Numbered from the stretch's first letter, positions 1-6,933 are shown. The stretch: DNA of 64,000 bases from Candidatus Marsarchaeota archaeon (GCA_023473255.1 JAMCYW010000015.1:932-64931), one strand, 5' to 3'. Notes: generated by a model not told the origin, from the letters alone. Made by a program: numbers and translations.

Positions 1-2
1 TA

Positions 3-197
3 ATAGGTCTGCAATCAAATAAATCTATAAACAGAACTAAGATAAATTTTATAAAGTTGAAAATTAAAGATTTACTTATTAAAAGAAAGGATGAAAGTAT
101 GTATATATCTGATATTGCAGAAATCTTAAACGTTAGACCTTCTGAAGTTAAATTAGCAGTATCTGAACTAATTGAAGAAGGCTTTCTGAAAGGTTAA
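3..197 (+). CDS. Winged-helix-like DNA-binding protein, C-terminal fragment (5' end outside window)
   Basis: Frame open from the window edge; stop TAA 195..197, 3 nt before the next ATG. C-terminus MYISDIAEILNVRPSEVKLAVSELIEEGFLKG resembles a wHTH recognition helix plus wing. Confidence 0.4.
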   Translation: MGLQSNKSINRTKINFIKLKIKDLLIKRKDESMYISDIAEILNVRPSEVKLAVSELIEEGFLKG

Positions 198-200
198 TTA

Positions 201-626
201 ATGCCCTCTTTTAAAGATACTTTAGAGCCCAATGCCTGTATTTTTGGTGCTGTTATTACTGGAGGCAAAAAAAGGGCTGATAAAAAAGGGCCATTATACT
301 ATAAACTACATAAGTTTGAATGCGGAATTTATAAAGAATGCAACGATAAAAACAAAAACTTTGTTTTAAGTTCGTATGGATATTATAAACCATTAGATGG
401 TACTCTTGGCACTAAACTAATTGGTTCGGTAGGTTTTATAGAATGCGTCGAAGACGGCCAATATTTAGAGTCAAGCAGCAAGAAACACCCGCCTAAAACT
501 GGTACACATTCATCTTATTTTAGTGCAAAAGGAGAACATGTAGTTTGTCATTTTGATGCCAAAATTCAAGATATTCAAGGACCTGTAAAAAGGTATAGTG
601 TAATTAAAGATAAAGTTAAACTATAA
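201..626 (+). CDS. Hypothetical protein (141 aa) upstream of the methyltransferase
   Basis: ORF-track ORF with ATG start 3 nt after the preceding stop; no motif I can name with confidence. Confidence 0.5.
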   Translation: MPSFKDTLEPNACIFGAVITGGKKRADKKGPLYYKLHKFECGIYKECNDKNKNFVLSSYGYYKPLDGTLGTKLIGSVGFIECVEDGQYLESSSKKHPPKTGTHSSYFSAKGEHVVCHFDAKIQDIQGPVKRYSVIKDKVKL

Positions 627-792
627 CAAAAGTATAAAGGTTTATCTTTCTTATAATTTATTACAAAAAGCGAATGGCTATACGCTATACAAAACTAGCT
701 GCGTTTTCTGGGTGCAAGGTTTAAAGGCTTAATCTGCTTATGTATTGTTAGCTTAGGCTATATATTTATAAAAAGTTATTATTGGTGATATT

Positions 793-1572
793 ATGGGCAT
801 ATTTTTAAACACAGACAAAATAAAAATAATAAATGAAGATATTCTTAAAACTAGAAAGATAAAAGACGGAACAGTTGATTTGATAATTACCTCACCGCCT
901 TATAATCTAGACATAAAATATAACAGTCATAAAGATAAAATTGCATACCCTGATTATCTAGATTTCAGCAGGAAATGGATTAAAAAGTGCTTTAAACTGC
1001 TTAAAAATGATGGCCGGTTTTGTTTGAATATACCTTTAGACAAGAATAAGGACGGGCAACAAAGTGTGGGTGCTGATTTAACGTGCATCTCAAAAGAAGT
1101 CGGTTTTAAATATCATTCTACAATAATCTGGAATGAAGGTAATATATCGAGAAGAACGGCATGGGGATCTTTTAAAAGTGCATCAGCACCGTATGTAATT
1201 GCTCCTGTTGAACTTATTATTATACTATATAAAAATCAGTGGAAAAAAACAAGTGGTACAAAAATATCTGATATATCTAAAGAGGAATTTATGGCATGGA
1301 CTAACGGGTTATGGTCTTTTAATGGCGAAAATAAAAAACATGCTGGTGGCCATCCAGCAGCGTTTCCTTTAGAACTACCAAAGCGTTGCATAAAATTATT
1401 TAGTTTTGTTGATGATTTAATATTAGATCCGTTTTTAGGTAGTGGGACTACATTAGTAGCTGCTGCACTAAGTCAAAGGAGAGGTATAGGTGTAGAGATA
1501 GATAAAGATTATTGCAGTATAGCAAAAGAAAGACTTAAAAATGAAGCATATCTATTTAATAAAAAATTGTGA
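793..1572 (+). CDS. DNA methyltransferase, beta-class (N4-cytosine or N6-adenine)
   Basis: Motif IV IITSPPYNL near the N-terminus and motif I DPFLGSGTT near the C-terminus give the IV-before-I order of beta-class amino-methyltransferases. SPPY is typical of N4-cytosine enzymes such as M.PvuII. Confidence 0.85.
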   Translation: MGIFLNTDKIKIINEDILKTRKIKDGTVDLIITSPPYNLDIKYNSHKDKIAYPDYLDFSRKWIKKCFKLLKNDGRFCLNIPLDKNKDGQQSVGADLTCISKEVGFKYHSTIIWNEGNISRRTAWGSFKSASAPYVIAPVELIIILYKNQWKKTSGTKISDISKEEFMAWTNGLWSFNGENKKHAGGHPAAFPLELPKRCIKLFSFVDDLILDPFLGSGTTLVAAALSQRRGIGVEIDKDYCSIAKERLKNEAYLFNKKL

Positions 1573-1576
1573 TTTA

Positions 1577-2164
1577 ATGCCAGAAGATAAAGAATCTCAA
1601 ATGGATATCATAATGGAATATTTTAAATCTCATCCCAAAAAAGACATCCCACATCCAGAGGTTGTGGATTGGGTTGTGGCCGAATATAAACACAGAACAG
1701 GTAAAGTTTTTCGTGATCCGGACAGAGCTATAAGAAAGCTTTCGCAAGAAGGATATCTAATAAAAGTTAAGAAAGGTGTGTATAAATATGACCCTTCTGC
1801 AGTAACACATAAGGAACTAGAAGATTTTACTCCTGCACAAAAGAAAGCAATAATGGAAAGGGATGGCTATAGGTGTGTAATATGTGGTAGGGGAATAAAG
1901 GATGGGGTAGAGCTACAAGTAGATCATATTAGACCTAAAGATTTGGGTGGTACGAATTCTATAGATAACGGAGAAACCCTATGTGCGCAACATAATATTC
2001 AGAAAAAAAATTATAAGCAGACGGAATCGGGTAAACGCTATTTTATAAGATTGTACGAAGCTGCAAAAGCAAATGGTGACAAGGAATTGCAGAAATTTTG
2101 TGCGCAGATCCTTGAAGTATATGAAAAAAATGGGGTAAATGGTCACATTGTGTGGAAAAAGTAA
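1577..2164 (+). CDS. HNH endonuclease with N-terminal winged-helix-like domain (candidate restriction enzyme)
   Basis: CVICG...QVDHIRPKDLGGTNSIDNGETLCAQHN is an HNH/beta-beta-alpha-Me motif. ATG 1577 lies 4 nt after the methyltransferase stop; the ORF-track start at 1541 overlaps the methylase. Confidence 0.8.
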   Translation: MPEDKESQMDIIMEYFKSHPKKDIPHPEVVDWVVAEYKHRTGKVFRDPDRAIRKLSQEGYLIKVKKGVYKYDPSAVTHKELEDFTPAQKKAIMERDGYRCVICGRGIKDGVELQVDHIRPKDLGGTNSIDNGETLCAQHNIQKKNYKQTESGKRYFIRLYEAAKANGDKELQKFCAQILEVYEKNGVNGHIVWKK

Positions 2165-2202
2165 ATTTATTCTTTTTATTACCTATATTTTCTTATAGCT
2201 GA

Positions 2203-2646
2203 TTACTTTTTTTTATCAAGTCGTGTTTTATGTAATGCTGCTAATTTTTTGATTAGGTCTAAACCTTTTATTGTCAAAGTTTTTAGCTTATTGTCCGTAT
2301 CTATATCATTAAAGTCTATGCCTATTAAATAGTGTGCGAATTCGTTTCTACCAGAATAAAAATTAGATAAGTCTTTGTATAATTTATTATCTATGTTCGC
2401 TAACATGTTATTTATGGCTATAAGATAAGTGAAACCCAAACGTCCTACATTATCTTCAACTCCCTTCCCTAAGTTATTATTCTCAGAGGTTGAAGATAAA
2501 GATATAAGACTTATGAGATAACTTTCCATAGCACTACTTTCTAAAAATAAGGCAGTTAAATTATTACTTTTATTTATTTCCGTTTCTATTTTTCCGATAA
2601 TCATCTCTGGCGGGCCCAAAACTGCTTTTGGATTGTGTTTAACCAT
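2203..2646 (-). CDS. HEPN-domain protein (Rx4H motif, HepT/DUF86-like signature)
   Basis: C-terminal GRNEFAHYLIGID matches the HEPN Rx4-6H active-site motif and the RNxxxHxY..ID pattern of DUF86/HepT toxins. Very AT-rich gene. Confidence 0.65.
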   Translation of the reverse strand: MVKHNPKAVLGPPEMIIGKIETEINKSNNLTALFLESSAMESYLISLISLSSTSENNNLGKGVEDNVGRLGFTYLIAINNMLANIDNKLYKDLSNFYSGRNEFAHYLIGIDFNDIDTDNKLKTLTIKGLDLIKKLAALHKTRLDKKK

Positions 2647-2823
2647 TTATTTACCCTTATACCTAAATTTGTATCCAGTAATTACTGAAATCGCCCAACC
2701 ATTTTTAACTATAAACAATACTCTTTTTTTAATAGTTGGATCAAAAGCAGTAATGTATTTTGTCATAATATCAAATCTTCTTTTTCTGACTAGTTTTTTA
2801 TTACTTTGTTTTGTTAGCTTCAT
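2647..2823 (-). CDS. Small basic protein, 58 aa (below ORF-track cutoff)
   Basis: Hand translation: MKLTKQSNKKLVRKRRFDIMTKYITAFDPTIKKRVLFIVKNGWAISVITGYKFRYKGK. Its ATG overlaps the integrase TGA (ATGA at 2820..2823) and its TAA directly abuts the HEPN ATG (TAAATG). Confidence 0.45.
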   Translation of the reverse strand: MKLTKQSNKKLVRKRRFDIMTKYITAFDPTIKKRVLFIVKNGWAISVITGYKFRYKGK

Positions 2824-3749
2824 TTTCCCACCCTCTTCTTCAATGAGGCTATCTCGCTCAACGCCATGCTGTCTATTACGTCATAGACCTCCTGCTTGCT
2901 GGTGCTTATGTAAATACTGGTTGTGCTAGGATCAACGTGCCTTGCGAATCTGCTGGTGAGGATGAGATTGCCATTAGCCTGCTTTGCGAACCTAGTTATC
3001 GCATAATGCCTTAGGCTGTGCGTTGTGAGCCTGTGCAGCCTTCTGGGCCTCCTGCCCTGCTGCTCATCGCTTGTGTCATAGACCTCATCCAAGCCCGCAA
3101 GCTCAAGATAGTGCCTGAACCTGTTCCTTACGTAGTTGGGCTCAAGGTAAGGCTCGATCCTGCGGCTCTTTGCCGCATCCCTAAAGAATATGTAGCCTTT
3201 AGCCTGCTCTATCTGGCTGGAATTAGCCTGAGCGAACTCCACTAGCTCCTTGAACAAAGGCAATGGTATCCTTAGGCTGTCCAACAGCCTTGTCTTCTCT
3301 GTCCTTACTGTAAGCTCTCTTGTCTCAAAATCTATGTCTTTTACATTCACTCTTATCGCCTCTCCTATTCTTAGGCCGAGCTGAGCCTGAAAATTGAAAA
3401 GAAGCCTGAATTTAGGGTCGTTTATTGCCCTGAAGAACCTCTGAAGCTGCTCCTCTGTGAAGCCTTTGTTTATGGTTCCATACTTAGGGGTTTTCCTCCT
3501 GCGGAATTTTGTTATGTAATACTGCCTTATCATATGAGTAAGGTCTTCTACTTCGTGCTTTGCCAGATGCGGCAATAGGCTCTGTATGTATCTCTTTGCC
3601 TCTGTGGGTGCAGTTTTGCGTGCAAATTCGTGTTCGGATTCCTGCAAATATCCGAACCCAGCTTTCGCTAACCTTTGGTTATTCTTCATGGCTACCACTC
3701 TTGTACCTATTTTGAGCCTCCGAGCGTGTATCCGAACCCTTAAACTCAT
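2820..3749 (-). CDS. Tyrosine recombinase / integrase
   Basis: LGLRIGEAIRV (box I Arg), HSLRHYAITRFA (HxxR) and RHVDPSTTSIYIS (H...Y) are the catalytic residues of the tyrosine recombinase family. Higher G+C than its neighbours (62 % at 3001..3060 by hand count). Confidence 0.85.
   Translation of the reverse strand: MSLRVRIHARRLKIGTRVVAMKNNQRLAKAGFGYLQESEHEFARKTAPTEAKRYIQSLLPHLAKHEVEDLTHMIRQYYITKFRRRKTPKYGTINKGFTEEQLQRFFRAINDPKFRLLFNFQAQLGLRIGEAIRVNVKDIDFETRELTVRTEKTRLLDSLRIPLPLFKELVEFAQANSSQIEQAKGYIFFRDAAKSRRIEPYLEPNYVRNRFRHYLELAGLDEVYDTSDEQQGRRPRRLHRLTTHSLRHYAITRFAKQANGNLILTSRFARHVDPSTTSIYISTSKQEVYDVIDSMALSEIASLKKRVGK
3632..3657. repeat. Inverted repeat GTTCGGAT-N10-ATCCGAAC inside the integrase 5' coding region
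   Basis: Read directly: 3632..3639 GTTCGGAT and 3650..3657 ATCCGAAC. Confidence 0.6.
3727..3741. repeat. 15-nt direct repeat TGTATCCGAACCCTT, copy 1 (integrase codons 3-7)
   Basis: Identical 15-mer at 3727..3741 and 3911..3925, positions checked against ORF-track frames. Confidence 0.7.
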
Positions 3750-3910
3750 TGAGCTTCCTCTGGCTTAATACTCTGTCTAACTTATCCAATACCTTGTTGA
3801 GTTTCACTATCGCCTTGGCGTGGGCCTCTATCTGCGCTGAGTAGTAGTTGAGCTGGTTCTGGGTGGTGAGCTGGGAGTCTGCTATGCAACTAGAATTAGC
3901 GTATATGCCC

Positions 3911-3925
3911 TGTATCCGAACCCTT
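3911..3925. repeat. 15-nt direct repeat TGTATCCGAACCCTT, copy 2 (between integrase and tRNA-Pro)
   Basis: Identical to 3727..3741; lies 24 nt from the tRNA-Pro 3' end. Confidence 0.7.
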
Positions 3926-3948
3926 TCTTTTCTCCCTGAAACAAAGCA

Positions 3949-4021
3949 TGGGGCTGCCGAGATTTGAACTCGGATAACCGCGACCCGAACGCGGTAGTCT
4001 GCCAGGTTAGCGTACAGCCCC
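3949..4021 (-). tRNA. tRNA-Pro (anticodon CGG), no intron, no encoded CCA
   Basis: Reverse complement GGGGCTG...CCGCG-TTCGGGT-CGCGG...CCGAG-TTCAAAT-CTCGG-CAGCCCC-A. Perfect acceptor, anticodon and T arms; the D stem pairs poorly (about 2 bp). Confidence 0.75.
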
Positions 4022-4030
4022 AGATAAGGA

Positions 4031-4044
4031 TATAAATATAAAAC
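4031..4044 (+). promoter_or_regulatory. TATA-like box upstream of the priL-like gene
   Basis: TATAAATATAAAAC centred about 24 nt upstream of ATG 4060, consistent with a leaderless transcript. Confidence 0.35.
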
Positions 4045-4059
4045 AACATATTTATTTTG

Positions 4060-4980
4060 ATGTATACAAAAGAGCAGCTCGATTTCGCATGCAAGTACCC
4101 ATTTTCGCAGGATGCAAAAGCAGTACTGGAAAGTCTAAAGATCAACTCGATAGACTACAGGTACATGGAACTGGGCAAGGAACGCATATTGGGCGATATG
4201 GACAAGAACGTGCATATCGTAAACATTTCATTGGAAAATGTCAAGATAAGCGAAATCCTGAGCTATGCATATGCAAGGATGATAGTGAGTGCAATGGAAG
4301 ATAAGCAGGCACTATCAAATTTCATAGAAGGCGAGCAGAGGCGCATTGGCGAAACGCTGAAAGGCGATACCACTGAAAACTTGATGAAGATTGCATCAGA
4401 ATTGAAGGTAAAGATAATAAACAATAATGTGGAATTCCTAATAAGCCTGGGGGGGTATTTGAAGAACATTCCAAAAGGCGAGACTGCGGCCCTTACGAAT
4501 CAAAAGCTAAGCGGCGGGTTTATCATAATAGGCAGGCCTCTGCTTGTCGGCATCCTAACGAGCGCATCTAAGGCAGCCATAATGCAGGGCTTGCCAATAC
4601 GCAAGGAAGAACTTCCAAAAGACATAATAAAATTTTCCAAGACATTCACGTTCAAACCCGCACAGACAATAACCGTAAAAGGCGGCAACAGCAGGGCATG
4701 GATAGATAAAGTCCTTGCAACTCCTATACCTGATGTAAGGCACAGGGTGGTAAACCTTGTGCTTGCACCTTACCTTGTGACGGTAAAGAAGATGAGCCCG
4801 GAAGACGCATACGCAATAATACTAGAATACATAGAACGCTGCAAGAAAATAAATCCAGACACTAAAATAAACGAGCAGTATATAATGTACCAATGCAGAT
4901 ATGCAAAAGCAAAAGGCTTAAAGCCTCTTTCGCTCGTAAAAGCAAGAGAGCTCCTTGCAGGGATGATAAACTTTGATTAA
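4060..4980 (+). CDS. priL: DNA primase large subunit PriL-like protein
   Basis: N-terminal KYPFSQDAKAVLESL resembles the archaeal PriL start (DPFSEKAKELL in Pyrococcus p46, from memory). The C-terminal region parallels the PriL-CTD but lacks the four Fe-S cysteines. Confidence 0.55.
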   Translation: MYTKEQLDFACKYPFSQDAKAVLESLKINSIDYRYMELGKERILGDMDKNVHIVNISLENVKISEILSYAYARMIVSAMEDKQALSNFIEGEQRRIGETLKGDTTENLMKIASELKVKIINNNVEFLISLGGYLKNIPKGETAALTNQKLSGGFIIIGRPLLVGILTSASKAAIMQGLPIRKEELPKDIIKFSKTFTFKPAQTITVKGGNSRAWIDKVLATPIPDVRHRVVNLVLAPYLVTVKKMSPEDAYAIILEYIERCKKINPDTKINEQYIMYQCRYAKAKGLKPLSLVKARELLAGMINFD

Positions 4981-4982
4981 AA

Positions 4983-5141
4983 ATGGCGATATCGGTGCAA
5001 GATATAAAACAGCTATGTGCGATATGCAACCGGATTGCGACGCATACGTGCAAGCTCTGCGGCAGGCCTATGTGCGAAGACCACTTCATAAAAGAATTAG
5101 GAATATGCATTTCATGCAGGCGCGGCAGATCTGCAAAATAA
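4983..5141 (+). CDS. Small Cys/His-rich zinc-finger protein, 52 aa (not in ORF track)
   Basis: Hand translation MAISVQDIKQLCAICNRIATHTCKLCGRPMCEDHFIKELGICISCRRGRSAK with pattern CxxC-x7-CxxC-x4-CxxH-x7-CxxC (HIT/cross-brace-like). Starts 3 nt after the priL-like stop. Preferred over the alternative-frame ORF 4973..5167. Confidence 0.5.
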   Translation: MAISVQDIKQLCAICNRIATHTCKLCGRPMCEDHFIKELGICISCRRGRSAK

Positions 5142-5146
5142 TGCAT

Positions 5147-5575
5147 TCAATGGCTTTTTCTGTATAACGTGAACGCTATAGCTGCATTCAAGAGCACGAA
5201 TACGAACAGCCCAGTGAAGGCGAACGAAGTGCTGAAAGACGAAACTGCATTTGTGCCGAAACCGAACAGGTAAGCCCACCCAAAGCCCGGGCTGACGCTG
5301 TGCGCCTGGCTAAGCGGCAGGCCGAAAGCTGCATCCGCAAGCATGAATACGAATGCTAAAATAGATATCGTGCCTGCTATAAACAGATACATCTTCTTTT
5401 CCTGCTTATAATAGCCCATGGCCAGCACAAGCACTATCGCCAGATAAACCAGCAGCATGGTCCAGTGCAAAGCGCCAAGGCTCTGCAGCAGCGTATCGAA
5501 TATGAGCAGATACATGCCGAAGAGCAATTCCAATGCAAACGTAGCATAGAAAGCCTTTTTCAGTGCGCCTGCCAT
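5147..5575 (-). CDS. Integral membrane protein (about 4 TM helices)
   Basis: Hydrophobic 142-aa ORF, 5 nt downstream of the glycoprotein gene on the same strand. Confidence 0.6.
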   Translation of the reverse strand: MAGALKKAFYATFALELLFGMYLLIFDTLLQSLGALHWTMLLVYLAIVLVLAMGYYKQEKKMYLFIAGTISILAFVFMLADAAFGLPLSQAHSVSPGFGWAYLFGFGTNAVSSFSTSFAFTGLFVFVLLNAAIAFTLYRKSH

Positions 5576-5579
5576 AATA

Positions 5580-6692
5580 TCACTTCTTCTTAAAAGCGAA
5601 GAATGCCGCTATCAGCACTAATATAATGACAACAACTGCAATGGCTGCATAAGGCGGTTTTGATGCGGAAGGCGCAGTATATGGCACAGTAGTAGGCGTA
5701 GTTGTCGTGGTGCTGGGCACTGTAGTCGAAGATACATTTGCCGCAGGCGCGAATGTGAACACCCACATGACCGGCTTGAAAAACTGGTCGTTTGATATCG
5801 TCTTCGCCGTAGCATTGTAAGTCCAAGCATCCTTAAACTTATACGCTCCTCCAGTATATGTAGTGCCGTTTGCGCTAAGGCTGCCTCCAAAATATGTCCA
5901 CGATCCCCATGTAGGCGGGTATGCAGCTGTCGTTATAACTGGCTGGTTCTTTCCCAGCTTATTGACAAAGCTTATGGCTGGGGTTATCTTCCCGTTTACC
6001 TCGTATGCGAACCCATATGCCATATTATAATTTGATTCGTTAGGCGGCAATGCAAGGTTGCTTACGGTAAATATTGCAAGCGTAAAGTTATACTTGCTCA
6101 AAAGCGTTCCGCTTACGTTTGCAAAAGTATCTGCAGGTATGGTGACGTTAACTGCCACGCCATCGAATGATTTTACGGATAAGAATCCGCCTTTAGTTGC
6201 ATTTATGCTTGACGTAGATGCATTGAAAAGCGTGAAAACTGCGGGCGCCTGCGGAATGGTTGTAGTAGATGTAGTCGCATTAGACGCCTTGCTGAATATT
6301 GTCAGGCTTAGCGCAGCATTGGAACTTGAAGGGTCATCGCCTGTCGCATTTAATAATATGTTATATGCGCCTGGCTTTGCGCTCGAAGATGCAGATATGC
6401 CCAGCGTTCCAGAATATGTCGGATCGCCATAGCTGTTTGACAAAGTCAACGTTATTCCATCTGCAAGCAGTTGATTCTTATTTACTATATTGAGCGTAGT
6501 TCCCCATGGAGTCCCGCTCACCAATTTCACCGTATATCCTACTGAAGCAGAGCCTCCAACGCTGAGATTGGCGCTGCTCTGGGTTAACTGTATGCTCGAA
6601 CTGCCAATTCCAGATGCAAATGTATAGGACGGAATGATTAGGAATGCCACCAAGGCAAAAAAAGCCAATGATGCAGAGTATTTGCCTTTCAT
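5580..6692 (-). CDS. Exported, C-terminally membrane-anchored glycoprotein candidate
   Basis: Start moved to Met26 (MKGKYSASLAFFALVAFLIIPSYTFASG, signal-peptide-like) because the ORF-track N-terminus overlaps the 5S rRNA. Thr/Pro-rich stalk plus C-terminal TM helix and KKK. Many N-x-S/T sequons. Confidence 0.7.
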   Translation of the reverse strand: MKGKYSASLAFFALVAFLIIPSYTFASGIGSSSIQLTQSSANLSVGGSASVGYTVKLVSGTPWGTTLNIVNKNQLLADGITLTLSNSYGDPTYSGTLGISASSSAKPGAYNILLNATGDDPSSSNAALSLTIFSKASNATTSTTTIPQAPAVFTLFNASTSSINATKGGFLSVKSFDGVAVNVTIPADTFANVSGTLLSKYNFTLAIFTVSNLALPPNESNYNMAYGFAYEVNGKITPAISFVNKLGKNQPVITTAAYPPTWGSWTYFGGSLSANGTTYTGGAYKFKDAWTYNATAKTISNDQFFKPVMWVFTFAPAANVSSTTVPSTTTTTPTTVPYTAPSASKPPYAAIAVVVIILVLIAAFFAFKKK

Positions 6693-6702
6693 ATAACCCA
6701 CC

Positions 6703-6711
6703 AAATAAAAA
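6703..6711 (-). terminator. Oligo-T tract immediately after the 5S rRNA
   Basis: Minus strand reads GGCAC-TTTTTATTT directly after helix I of the 5S rRNA. Confidence 0.4.
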
Positions 6712-6713
6712 GT

Positions 6714-6826
6714 GCCAAACAGCAATGCGGTCTTCCGCCCGAAGGCAGTACCACGCATCGTTAGCAAGCTTAGCTTCCGAGTTCGGAATGGGATCGGGCG
6801 TTTCCTTGCTACTATGACCGTTTGAC
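6714..6826 (-). rRNA. 5S ribosomal RNA (unlinked to 16S/23S)
   Basis: Minus strand has GTCAAACGG...CGCCCGATCCCATTCCGAACTCGGAAGCTAAGC...CTGTTTGGC: the universal 5S loop-C/helix-III motif plus a 9-bp terminal helix I. Confidence 0.9.
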
Positions 6827-6845
6827 AATAATATAAGCAAAGATA

Positions 6846-6855
6846 CTTTTATATA
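6846..6855 (-). promoter_or_regulatory. TATA box of the 5S rRNA gene
   Basis: Minus strand TATATAAAAG centred about 24 nt upstream of the 5S 5' end (6826). Confidence 0.5.
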
Positions 6856-6899
6856 CCTTGCGCAGGGCGCCTTTAAGTAAAGGTAAAAAATACAAAAAG

Positions 6900-6933
6900 G
6901 CCTGTGCAAAGCACAGGCACCGTTTCTGGGGTT
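6900..6933 (+). repeat. Hairpin-plus-tail motif, copy A (GCCTGTGC-AAA-GCACAGGC-ACCGTTTCTGGGGTT)
   Basis: 8-bp perfect stem followed by a 15-nt tail; a second copy at 7076..7106 has compensatory stem changes. Confidence 0.45.

Larger units (their letters stand above)
1..3948. mobile_element. Right-hand portion of an integrated element / genomic island inserted at tRNA-Pro (left end outside window)
   Basis: Intact tyrosine integrase gene (2820..3749) lies 200 nt from the 3' end of tRNA-Pro (3949). Region 1..2820 is visibly AT-rich (hand counts 22 % G+C at 1..60, 28 % at 2221..2280, versus about 40 % at 20001..20060) and carries R-M and HEPN cargo. No second att copy seen in the window. Confidence 0.55.

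Noticed and set aside
201-626. GIY-YIG nuclease or ASCH/PUA-like reader assignment for the 141-aa protein
   Set aside because: Only a GIY tripeptide and a distant YGY are present. The conserved Arg, His and Glu residues I would expect after the second motif are not seen. Left as hypothetical.
2633-2929. 98-aa plus-strand ORF across the integrase/HEPN junction
   Set aside because: It is antisense to the integrase 3' end and to the 58-aa ORF. Its hydrophobic low-complexity translation is typical of AT-rich antisense frames.
3882-4145. 87-aa minus-strand ORF
   Set aside because: It reads through the whole tRNA-Pro gene and the priL-like promoter and start; it is an artefact of the open frame.
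4973-5167. 64-aa ORF-track ORF downstream of the priL-like gene
   Set aside because: The alternative frame 4983..5141 gives a regular CxxC/CxxH zinc-finger pattern with an ATG start. The track ORF has a TTG start and no pattern.
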